In this document: positions 9,730-17,304 of the stretch, one piece after another
Layout: each line of letters opens with the position of its first letter
Position numbering within the stretch: position 1 is the first letter of the stretch
Assembly (NCBI GenBank): GCA_038329645.1
Contig: JBBQNG010000001.1
Span: 5,933 to 69,932, forward strand
Direction: 5' to 3'
Length of the DNA: 64,000 nt
From: Burkholderiales bacterium
Lineage (GTDB): Bacteria > Pseudomonadota > Gammaproteobacteria > Burkholderiales > SG8-39
Translations under genes and position numbers: made by a program
Notes under the pieces: generated by a model
What the model was told of the DNA's origin: nothing
The model's input: only the letters and a program-made list of their open reading frames with translations
Database searches by the model: none

Positions 9730-10533
9730 ATGACAACCAATACCGGAGCACAGCTGCGCGCGCTGTACGAGCAGGAAGGCGGCGTTGCGAGCATCTTCTC
9801 GGAGAAGGTCGCTGACTACGTGTCTTCCCGCCCCGACTATCCCGATGCACTGTTTGACATGCTCAAAGTTACGTGCAATCTAGGTCAGGGTGCCGTGGTC
9901 GTCGACGTAGGGGCCGGAACGGGTCTTCTCACGCGCGGCTTGTTACTGCGCAGCTACTCGGTTGTGGCTATTGAGCCGAACCATGCTATGCGCAAGGCTG
10001 CAGATCACCTCCTAGCAGCATTCACGGGCTACAGCAGCGCAGATGGATCAGCCGAGAGACTTCCCGTTGGGAACTCATCGGCAGACCTCATCACAGCCGC
10101 GCATGCGTTTCACTGGTTTGAGGTTGAGGCAGCAAAGCTTGAGAGCCTTCGCGTCCTTCGCCCCAGCGGACAAGTCGCCCTCATTTGGAACGATCGGCTG
10201 AAATCGGACCCATTTCATAAAGCACTAGACGCCGTGCTCTCTGAATACGGAGGGGCGAAGCGCGGGGCGCTTGTGGCCCATGAGGAACGCGGAGATATTC
10301 CGGCCTTCTTTGGGAAAGCCCAGCCAAACGAATACGTCTGGCCGCACCATCACACTATCGACGAGGCTGGTCTGTTGAGTCTGGTTTTCTCCCGCTCCTA
10401 CATGCCAATCCGTGATTCGGTCGCAGGAAATGCGGCGGCAAACAAATTGCGCGAACTATACGGACGGTTCTCCTCTCAGAGCGGCTTAACAGTGCCGTAC
10501 ACCACCGTTGCGTATGTTGGGCGGCCCAGATGA
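9730..10533 (+). CDS. class I SAM-dependent methyltransferase (cassette-like ORF)
   Basis: 267 aa with AGGAGG at 9718-9723. Motif I is VVDVGAGTGLLTRGL, followed by AIEPN and LITAAHAFHWF, a Methyltransf_11-like layout. Confidence 0.85.
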   Translation: MTTNTGAQLRALYEQEGGVASIFSEKVADYVSSRPDYPDALFDMLKVTCNLGQGAVVVDVGAGTGLLTRGLLLRSYSVVAIEPNHAMRKAADHLLAAFTGYSSADGSAERLPVGNSSADLITAAHAFHWFEVEAAKLESLRVLRPSGQVALIWNDRLKSDPFHKALDAVLSEYGGAKRGALVAHEERGDIPAFFGKAQPNEYVWPHHHTIDEAGLLSLVFSRSYMPIRDSVAGNAAANKLRELYGRFSSQSGLTVPYTTVAYVGRPR

Positions 10534-10540
10534 CGGCGAC

Positions 10541-10604
10541 GGCTAACCGCCGCGTCTACTCGGACGCGCGAAATGCCGCGCGCCGGTAACGCGGGACGTT
10601 AGCC
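10541..10604 (+). mobile_element. attC-like recombination site (64 bp)
   Basis: GGCTAAC|CGCCGC|GTCTACTCGG|ACGCGCGAAATGCCGCGCG|CCGGTAAC|GCGGGAC|GTTAGCC. The outer 7-mers are exact reverse complements carrying AAC...GTT. The inner boxes pair only with two bulged bases. The spacers are unpaired and there is a central GC hairpin. Confidence 0.55.
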
Positions 10605-10635
10605 TTCAGTGAGAGAGTCGTTGTAATCTTCGACA

Positions 10636-11121
10636 ATGCCAGCCTCCGTCTACATCGAATCGTCTGTCATCAGCTACCTCACGGCCCTTCCAAGCCGAGA
10701 TGTTGTTGCGGCGAGCCGGCAGGCGATCACAATCGACTGGTGGCGAGAGAATCGGCGTCGCTTTGAGGTCTACGTTTCGGCCTTGGTACTGGAATAACTC
10801 TCTGGAGGTGACGCGGCGGCCGCCGCGGCTCGGCTAGAGGCCGTGGCTGGCATCCCAAGCCTTGAAATCGGCCCTGAGGCCGTTTCGCTAGCGGAGGCCT
10901 TATTGGCAGCTGGAGCCGTACCAGCCAACAGCCAGCGCGACGCGCTCCACATTGCGATAGCAGCGACTCAAGGAACAGACTATCTGCTGACGTGGAATTT
11001 TCGGCACATCAACAATGCAGAGACACGAGGCCTCATTGCAGAGGTCGTTGCTGAGCAAGGATTGGCGTGTCCAAGCCTATGCTCGCCTGAGGAACTCGGA
11101 GGTGGCATCGATGCAACTTGA
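10636..11121 (+). pseudogene. PIN-domain (VapC-like) toxin gene interrupted by one in-frame TAA
   Basis: The frame from ATG 10636 gives MPASVYIESSVISYLTALPSRDVVAASRQAITIDWWRENRRRFEVYVSALVLE, then TAA (10795-10797). The same frame continues LSGGDAAAAAARLEAVAGIPSLE...DALHIAIAATQGTDYLLTWNFRHINNAETRG...CSPEEL to TGA 11121. This is one continuous PIN-toxin-like sequence as I remember the family. Confidence 0.7.
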
Positions 11122-11284
11122 TCCAATCGTTGAGGAAATGCGACAGTACGGGCACGCCTTTGCCAAACGCCACAAGAATGACCTAGCGGCAATGTGCAAG
11201 GCTCTTCGAGAGAAAGAGGTGCAAAGTGGCCGTCCTGTTGTCAGCCGGCCCGCTCGGCGGTTACCTGCGCGCGCTGCAGGCTAA
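11111..11284 (+). CDS. small conserved partner protein of the PIN toxin (57 aa)
   Basis: ATG 11111 overlaps the PIN stop. MQLDPIVEEMRQYGHAFAKRHKNDLAAMCKALREKEVQSGRPVVS resembles the short proteins I recall encoded next to this PIN family. The stop TAA lies inside GGCTAAC. Confidence 0.5.
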   Translation: MQLDPIVEEMRQYGHAFAKRHKNDLAAMCKALREKEVQSGRPVVSRPARRLPARAAG

Positions 11285-11362
11285 CCACACGTTGCACCCG
11301 ACGTCTCTTTCTTTACGGCTTTGCCGCTCCGGCAGGGCCGCAGGTGAACGTGAACATAAAGC
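11279..11362 (+). mobile_element. second, degenerate attC-like site (84 bp)
   Basis: GGCTAAC|CACAC|GTTGCACCCG|...TGCCG-CTC-CGGCA...|CAGGTGAAC|GTGAAC|ATAAAGC. The L boxes pair with one bulged G and one mismatch. The R' position reads ATAAAGC instead of GTTRRRY. Confidence 0.3.
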
Positions 11363-11460
11363 GTCCCAAGACCCCGCAAACCCGGCTCTGCGGACAGACC
11401 GAGTCCTAAACTTGTGGCGAGCTTCCTGATCTGAATACGCCGCACACCACGGAGGCAGCG

Positions 11461-11688
11461 ATGTCAACAACGCTCGAAGCTCTACAAGCTGAGGTTCTAC
11501 GCCTATCTCCAAGCGACAGAGCGCGGTTACTTGATCGATTGATCGCGAGCCTGGACGTCGATGCACAGGCAGAAGCCGCCTGGGATGCGGTGGCGGACGA
11601 ACGAGAAGGACAACTGCAGTCAGGTGCCGCACAGACGGTGTCTTTGGACGTCGCAATAGCGAGACTGGAAACGCGTTTCCCCGGGTGA
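11461..11688 (+). CDS. addiction-module antitoxin (TIGR02574-like putative addiction module component)
   Basis: 75 aa with GGAGG upstream. LEALQAEVLRLSPSDRARLLDRLIASLDVDAQAEAAWDAVADEREGQLQSG matches the pattern of this antitoxin family. Its stop overlaps the GTG of the next ORF (GTGA). Confidence 0.7.
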   Translation: MSTTLEALQAEVLRLSPSDRARLLDRLIASLDVDAQAEAAWDAVADEREGQLQSGAAQTVSLDVAIARLETRFPG

Positions 11689-12104
11689 AGGTCACGCTTC
11701 ACCCGGGCGCGGAAAAGGACATTGAAGAAGCGGCTGCCTTCTACGAACGCGAAGGTTCTGCCATCCTTGCCGCAAGGTTCGTCGCCGAATTCAAGAGACT
11801 TGCGGGCCTTGTCATCCAACAGCCTGGAATCGGATCACCGCGCTCGAAGGGTCGCCGTGACGGGCCCAAACTTATGGTGATCAAAGGCATTCCCATGTGG
11901 TCATGCCCACATTGTGGCGAGTCGTACTTTACTGCACAGACCATGCACGAAATCGAGCGAATCAAGACGTTCTGGAAGTCCATCGCGACCGATCGCTCGG
12001 TTCCGGTGGCCGAGTTCCGGGAGTTGCGCGCCGGTACGCTCGCGCTCCGGCACGCACCCGTAGCTTCCCACGACTCGTCTGCCGATATAAAGTTCAACTT
12101 CTAA
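11685..12104 (+). pseudogene. chimeric remnant: N-terminal ParE/RelE-toxin fragment fused to C-terminal half of a YgiT/MqsA-type zinc-finger protein
   Basis: Residues 1-~57, MKVTLHPGAEKDIEEAAAFYEREGSAILAARFVAEFKRLAGLVIQQPGIGSP, look like a ParE-family N-terminus but the toxin core is missing. This is followed by LMVIKGIPMWSCPHCGESYFTAQTMHEIERI, typical of the second CxxC half of YgiT-type zinc fingers. Confidence 0.5.
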
Positions 12105-12184
12105 AACATAAGAACGGCTTCTGGAGCGGTTTGTAGGACAGTACGATTTCCGAATTTGGAAAGCCAGCCGGTGCCAAAAACTGG

Positions 12185-13333
12185 CTACTTCCGGTTCGAC
12201 CCCGCCACCACCACGAACTCGAACAGCCGGCACTCGAGCGCGCCGTTGAACAGGGGCACACGGCGGCTGGGCGACAACCGGATCATCTTCGCCATGCGCA
12301 GGTCGGAGGTGAAGAAATGGCACCGCCAGCCGGCAAAGCGCTGCTTCAGCGCGTTGCCAAGCTGCGGGTAGAAGGCGGCGAGCTCGTCGGCGTCCGACAA
12401 CCGCTCGCCGTACGGCGGATTGGCCACCATCACACCCTCAGGCGCCGGCGGGTCGACGCGAAGGATGTCCGCGCGCTGCAGCTTCACCAGGCCGAAGAAG
12501 CCGGCCGCCATCAGGTTCTTCTTCGCACTGTCCACCGCGCGCTGCTCGATGTCGCTGCCGAACAGCGCCGGCCGGATCTTGTTGCGCGGCGGGCGGCCGT
12601 CCTTGACCCGGTTCCACGACTTCAGATCGAAGGCGGCCAGCTTCTCGAAGGCGAAATTCCTGCCCGCACCAGGCGGCTCGTTCAGGGCCATGGCGGCGGC
12701 TTCGATCAAAAGCGTGCCGCCCCCGCACATCGGATCGAACAGCGGCTCGTCGAATTTCCAGCCGGTGAGCATTACGATTCCCGCGGCGAGGTTCTCGCGC
12801 AGTGGTGCCTCGACCGCCGCGCGCCGCCATCCGCGCTTGAACAGGGGCTCACCCGAGGTGTCGAGATAGAAGGTGCCCTTGGCGTGCTCAAGAAAGCAGT
12901 GCACGCGCACATCGGGCGTCAGGCGCTCGATGTTGGGGCGACTGCCGACATCGTCACGGAACCGGTCGCAGACTGCATCCTTCACTCGCAGGGTCGTGAA
13001 ATCGAGGCTCTTGAGCGGGCTTTTGATCGCAGTGAGGTTGACCCGCAGCGTGCGGTCGACGGAAAAGTGCTTCGACCAGGGAATCGCACGCGCGGCGGCG
13101 TAGACGTCTTCCTCGGTGGCGTAGCCAAAGCCGCCGATGCGCCACAGAACGCGCGAGGCAATGCGAGAGTGAAAGTTGGCGGCATAGCAGGTTTCCCACG
13201 AGCCTTCGAAGGCCACGCCGCCGGCCGCCGGCGTCACCGCCTGCGCGCCGAGCGTGCGCAACTCGTCGGCCAGCAGGCCTTCCAGGCCGCGGGGGCTGCT
13301 GGCAAAAAACGATTCAGAAGGGTTTGACGACAA
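12185..13333 (-). CDS. THUMP-domain class I SAM-dependent RNA methyltransferase (RlmL N-terminal-module-like)
   Basis: 382 aa with GLEGLLADELRTLGA, a THUMP region, DPMCGGGTLLIEAA and VANPPYGERL (NPPY). The apparent start is TTG at 13333, overlapping the hemJ 3' end by 20 nt. Confidence 0.85.
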   Translation of the reverse strand: MSSNPSESFFASSPRGLEGLLADELRTLGAQAVTPAAGGVAFEGSWETCYAANFHSRIASRVLWRIGGFGYATEEDVYAAARAIPWSKHFSVDRTLRVNLTAIKSPLKSLDFTTLRVKDAVCDRFRDDVGSRPNIERLTPDVRVHCFLEHAKGTFYLDTSGEPLFKRGWRRAAVEAPLRENLAAGIVMLTGWKFDEPLFDPMCGGGTLLIEAAAMALNEPPGAGRNFAFEKLAAFDLKSWNRVKDGRPPRNKIRPALFGSDIEQRAVDSAKKNLMAAGFFGLVKLQRADILRVDPPAPEGVMVANPPYGERLSDADELAAFYPQLGNALKQRFAGWRCHFFTSDLRMAKMIRLSPSRRVPLFNGALECRLFEFVVVAGSNRK

Positions 13334-13727
13334 CCAGGATCACAATCGAGAAAAGGACAAACACCGGAAACTCGTTGAACCAGCGGAACCACACGTGGCT
13401 GCGCGTGTTGCGGTCATGCCTGAAATCGACCAGCAGCTTGCCGCACCACGCGTGATAGGCGACCAGCACGGTTACGAGAGCCACTTTCGCGTGCAGCCAG
13501 CCGCCCGAGATTCCCCAGCCGAGCCACAACCACATCCCGAAAGCGATTGTGAGCGCCGCGCCGGGCGTCATGATGCCGAAGAAGAGCTTCCTCTCCATGA
13601 CCTTGAAGCGCTCGATCGATACGCGGTCGCTGGCCTGCGCGTGGTACACGAACAGGCGCGGCAGGTAGAACAGCCCCGCGAACCAAGTCACCATGAATAT
13701 GATGTGGAGCGCCTTTACCCAGAGCAT
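13314..13727 (-). CDS. hemJ: protoporphyrinogen IX oxidase HemJ
   Basis: 137 aa. MLWVKALHIIFMVTWFAGLFYLPRLFVYH... is the characteristic HemJ/UPF0093 N-terminus, and there are 4 hydrophobic segments. Confidence 0.85.
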   Translation of the reverse strand: MLWVKALHIIFMVTWFAGLFYLPRLFVYHAQASDRVSIERFKVMERKLFFGIMTPGAALTIAFGMWLWLGWGISGGWLHAKVALVTVLVAYHAWCGKLLVDFRHDRNTRSHVWFRWFNEFPVFVLFSIVILVVVKPF

Positions 13728-13740
13728 GGGAGCCTCGCGC

Positions 13741-14349
13741 TCAACGCCCGCGCCAGTTGGACTGCACGATCGAGCGCAGGATGTTCAGCTTCTGGTGGAA
13801 AAAATGGTCCGCGCTTGGAACCACGATGACCGGCAGCTCCTGCGGGCGCGCCCAGTCGAGCACGTCGGCAAGGGGCACGGTCTCGTCGACTTCGCCGTGG
13901 ATCACCATCGTTTCTTTTGGCACCGGGCGGGCATCGAAGCGCTTTACCGCCACGCCAACCAGGACCATGCGTTCCGGCGCGACCCGCTGCGCGAGGTGTG
14001 TCTGCACGAATGAACCGAAGGAAAATCCCGCAAGCACAGGCGGCGCATCCCCGAACTGTGCCTGCGCCCACGCGAGCACCGCGACCATGTCCTGCAGCTC
14101 GCCAACCCCCGCGTCATGCACCCCTTCGGTGGCGCCCACGCCGCGGAAATTGGGGCGCACCGCCGCGTAGCCCAGCTCGAGGAAACTCTTCGCCAGCGTC
14201 TGCACCACCTTGTTGTCCAGCGTGCCGCCGAAAAGCGGGTGGGGATGCGCGATCAGCGCAACGCCGCGGTGGTTTTCCGGCACGTCGACGGCGCACTCGA
14301 TGCGCCCGATCGGCCCGTCGACCAGTTCGCGGCGCGTGGAAGCGCGCAT
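13741..14349 (-). CDS. alpha/beta hydrolase
   Basis: ATG at 14349 overlaps the ferredoxin stop (ATGA). It carries VALIAHPHPLFGGTLDNKVV, the nucleophile elbow GFSFGS, and HGEVDETVP...ADHFF. The longer ORF-track N-terminus is R-rich and was rejected. Confidence 0.8.
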   Translation of the reverse strand: MRASTRRELVDGPIGRIECAVDVPENHRGVALIAHPHPLFGGTLDNKVVQTLAKSFLELGYAAVRPNFRGVGATEGVHDAGVGELQDMVAVLAWAQAQFGDAPPVLAGFSFGSFVQTHLAQRVAPERMVLVGVAVKRFDARPVPKETMVIHGEVDETVPLADVLDWARPQELPVIVVPSADHFFHQKLNILRSIVQSNWRGR

Positions 14350-14657
14350 CAGATCCTGAGGCGCTCGACGACCCGCCCGTGCCTGACGTGCTCTTCGATG
14401 ATCTCGTCGATGTCGTCGCGGTCCACGTAGGTGTACCAGACGCCTTCGGGATAGACGACGATCACGGGGCCTTCCTCGCATCGATCGAGGCACCCTGCCT
14501 GGTTGATGCGGACCTTGCCGGCGCCAGCGAGGCCGAGTTCCTTGACCCGCTTCTTTGCGTAGTCGCGAAGCTCGGATGCGCCCTTGGCATTGCAGGACTC
14601 ACGCGTTGCGTCGCGCTGGTTGCAGCAGAAAAAGACATGCCGCTCGTAGTAGGACAT
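14349..14657 (-). CDS. thioredoxin-like [2Fe-2S] ferredoxin
   Basis: MSYYERHVFFCCNQRD...SCNAKG...CLDRCEEGPVIVVYPEG shows the Cys pattern of (2Fe-2S) ferredoxin-domain proteins. I prefer the ATG at 14657 over the upstream TTG at 14672. Confidence 0.8.
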   Translation of the reverse strand: MSYYERHVFFCCNQRDATRESCNAKGASELRDYAKKRVKELGLAGAGKVRINQAGCLDRCEEGPVIVVYPEGVWYTYVDRDDIDEIIEEHVRHGRVVERLRI

Positions 14658-14687
14658 GGAGGCGCCGCTCAAAAGGAAGGCGCCATT

Positions 14688-15758
14688 CTACCCGCGGGTG
14701 CCGGCGTCGCTTTGCCGCGCGGCCAGCAGCATCAGGACGAGCAGCGCCGCGAACGGCCACAGCGCAGACAGCAGACGGGTGAGACCGTTGAAATTGAGGA
14801 AGTGGCCCTGCGACCAGACCGCGAGGGTGGAAGCGAAGTAGGGGTTCGCCGGCGCCAGGTTGACCAGCACCGTGGCGCCCATGAGGAGGACTGCGGCCAG
14901 GGCCAGCCGCACGACGCGCGGAAGCATGGTAGCGGCGAGCAGCACCGGCACTCCCACGGCCAGCCCGAGCAGCGCGCCGGGGGTGAGCCAGTGGAAGAAA
15001 TCCTCCGCCTGCCTGAGGATCGCAAACGCGCCCGTCTTCACCACCAGTGCCAGGCCGATGAGGCCAAGCAGGACGCGCAGCAGCGGCGCGCCCGGCGCCA
15101 GGATTACGGACGCGGTCAGGCCGACGGCTATCAGGTTGCTCGCCGCGGTGAGCGCCTCGATGGAGACGAACACATCGGGCTCGTAGGCGATCCCGGCCGG
15201 CTGGCGGAATAGGTCGCGCAGGTCGCCAGCGCCGAACAACAGCGTGGCCGGATTGAGCTGGGTGGCCAGCCAAAGGGCCAGCAGCACGAGCCCGGCGTCG
15301 GCGCGCGAGCCGGGCATCACGTTACGCAGGCGCCAGCGCAGGAGGGGGCTGCGCCCGAACAGCCAGTCCGCGCTGCGCATCCCGAGCAGGGCCCCAAGCG
15401 CAGTCCCTGCAAGGTTGCAGGCCACGTCGACGTTGGAGGCAAAGCGCGCCGGCAGGAAGGTCTGGGCGGCTTCGAGCGTGGCGGCGAGGAGCGCTCCGGT
15501 GAGAAGCGCCGTTCCCAATGCGGATAATCCTTGCGTGCGCGGATACAGGGCGAGCACCGCAAGCCAGCCGTAAGGAACGTAGCCGAGCACGTTGACCGCG
15601 AGGTCGAAGGCCGTGATGTACGGCGGCTTGGAGGCGGTCAGGTAGGCGAATGCCGGGATTCCGGAATCGCGCCATCCCGATAATGGATAGAGCGTCGCGT
15701 AGACGACCAGCAGGACATACGCGAAAAAGAGGTACCGGGCCAGCGGCGATGCTTGCAT
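14688..15758 (-). CDS. VanZ family membrane protein
   Basis: 356 aa, polytopic. The N-terminal YVLLVVYATLYPLSGW...DLAVNVLGYVPYG...E..QTFLPAR.ASN.DV..N..G is VanZ-like. Confidence 0.65.
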   Translation of the reverse strand: MQASPLARYLFFAYVLLVVYATLYPLSGWRDSGIPAFAYLTASKPPYITAFDLAVNVLGYVPYGWLAVLALYPRTQGLSALGTALLTGALLAATLEAAQTFLPARFASNVDVACNLAGTALGALLGMRSADWLFGRSPLLRWRLRNVMPGSRADAGLVLLALWLATQLNPATLLFGAGDLRDLFRQPAGIAYEPDVFVSIEALTAASNLIAVGLTASVILAPGAPLLRVLLGLIGLALVVKTGAFAILRQAEDFFHWLTPGALLGLAVGVPVLLAATMLPRVVRLALAAVLLMGATVLVNLAPANPYFASTLAVWSQGHFLNFNGLTRLLSALWPFAALLVLMLLAARQSDAGTRG

Positions 15759-15767
15759 CAGCTCATT

Positions 15768-17294
15768 CTAAAGGACCCTGAAGATTACCCATGCCTGAAC
15801 CGCAACCCACACCGCCACCACTGCCAGCAGTGCACCCAGCAGGCGATTGCGGCGCGCGCCTTGCGCATGCATCGCATCGAAGGCGCGCTCGAGCTTGTCG
15901 ATGCGCTCTTCGGCCAACAGCCGGTGCAGCAGCCGCGGCAGCTGTGGCACGGTTGCCGCCCAATATGGCGCTTCCCGCTTCACGTTGCGCAGCAGCGCCC
16001 GCCAGCCGACCTGGTCGACCATCCAGCGCTCCAGGTACGGCTTGGCCGTCTTCCAGAGATCAAGTTCGGGATCGAGCTGCCGGCCGAGACCCTCGATATT
16101 GAGAAGCGTTTTCTGAAGAAGCACGAGCTGCGGCTGGATCTCGACGTTGAAGCGGCGCGAGGTCTGGAATAAGCGCAACAACAGCCGGCCGAAGTAGATC
16201 TCCTTCAGCGGCCGCGCGAAGATCGGCTCGCACACCGCGCGGATCGCGGCTTCGAACTCGTCCAGGCGCGTTTCGGGCGGCACCCATCCCGCATCGAGGT
16301 GGGCCTGCGCGACGCGCGTGTAGTCGCGGTTGAAGAACGCGAGGAAATTCTGTGCGAGGTAGTTCTTGTCGACGTCGGTCAGCGTGCCCACGATGCCGAA
16401 ATCCAGGGCGATGTAGCGGCCGAGCATCGGGCCCTCGGTGACCACGAAGATGTTGCCCGGATGCATGTCGGCGTGGAAAAACCCGTCGCGGAATACCTGC
16501 GTGAAGAAGATCTCCACGCCCGAGCGCGCAAGCCGCGGGATGTCGACGCCTTTGGCGCGCATGAGCTCGATCTGCGACACCGGCATGCCTCGCATGCGCT
16601 CCATCACCATCACGCGCTGCGAGCAGTAGTCCCAGTGGATCTGCGGCACCAGCAGCAGATTCGAATCGGCAAAATTGCGACGCAGCTGGCTGGCGTTGGA
16701 CGCCTCGCGCATGAGGTCGAGCTCGTTTTCGAGGTGCTTGGCGAATTCGGCCACCACCTCGCGCGGCTTGAGACGCCGCCCGTCCACCCAGAGCTTTTCG
16801 ACCAGGCCCGCGGCGGTCTCCAGCAGGGCCACATCACGTGCGATGATCGCCTCGACATTCGGACGCAGCACCTTTACTGCGACCTCGGTGCCGTCGATCA
16901 GCGTCGCGAGGTGGACTTGGGCGATGGATGCGCTCGCCACCGGATCGCGCTCGAAGGTCGCGAACGCGGTGCTGATCGGCCGCCCGAGCGAGCGCTCTAT
17001 TTCGGCCGCTGCGAGATCGGAGGCAAACGGCGGCACCTGGTCCTGCAGCCGGGCCAGCTCGTCGGCGATGTCGTGCGGCAACAGGTCGCGGCGGGTCGAC
17101 AGCACCTGGCCGAACTTGACGAAGATCGGCCCGAGCGCCTCGAGAGCTTCGCGCAGCCGGACTGCGCGCGGCTCGCTGCTGCGTCCGCCCGCCATCGCCA
17201 TCAGGCGGTGGGTGCGGCCGCGCGGAATGAATTCGTACAGACCGAACCTGAGGCCGACCGAGAGGATCCGCAGCAATCGCAGGAGGCGGTTCAA
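15768..17294 (-). CDS. ubiB: ubiquinone biosynthesis regulatory protein kinase UbiB (ABC1 family)
   Basis: 508 aa with [46 protein letters not shown] and two C-terminal TM segments. The apparent start is TTG at 17294. Confidence 0.92.
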   Translation of the reverse strand: MNRLLRLLRILSVGLRFGLYEFIPRGRTHRLMAMAGGRSSEPRAVRLREALEALGPIFVKFGQVLSTRRDLLPHDIADELARLQDQVPPFASDLAAAEIERSLGRPISTAFATFERDPVASASIAQVHLATLIDGTEVAVKVLRPNVEAIIARDVALLETAAGLVEKLWVDGRRLKPREVVAEFAKHLENELDLMREASNASQLRRNFADSNLLLVPQIHWDYCSQRVMVMERMRGMPVSQIELMRAKGVDIPRLARSGVEIFFTQVFRDGFFHADMHPGNIFVVTEGPMLGRYIALDFGIVGTLTDVDKNYLAQNFLAFFNRDYTRVAQAHLDAGWVPPETRLDEFEAAIRAVCEPIFARPLKEIYFGRLLLRLFQTSRRFNVEIQPQLVLLQKTLLNIEGLGRQLDPELDLWKTAKPYLERWMVDQVGWRALLRNVKREAPYWAATVPQLPRLLHRLLAEERIDKLERAFDAMHAQGARRNRLLGALLAVVAVWVAVQAWVIFRVL

Positions 17295-17304
17295 AGTCGC
17301 CCGA

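Larger units (their letters stand above)
9497..12184 (+). mobile_element. lower-GC accessory islet; putative integrase-less integron cassette cluster (CALIN-like) or relic
   Basis: GC drops here (33/60 at 9961-10020 versus 44/60 at 6841-6900). ORFs are unidirectional. The GGCTAAC/GTTAGCC 7-mer sits at ORF boundaries (9707, 10541, 10598, 11279), with attC-like palindromes at 10541-10604 and 11279-11362. The cargo is toxin-antitoxin-rich and decayed. No intI is present in the window. Confidence 0.45.

Noticed and set aside
12092-12184. Third attC after the ParE::zinc-finger ORF
   Set aside because: GTTCAAC (12092-12098) fits RYYYAAC, but no complementary GTTRRRY or L-box partner is found within 140 bp. 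The only hairpin (AGCCAG...CTGGCT, 12162-12186) overlaps the stop of the convergent methyltransferase gene and looks like its terminator.
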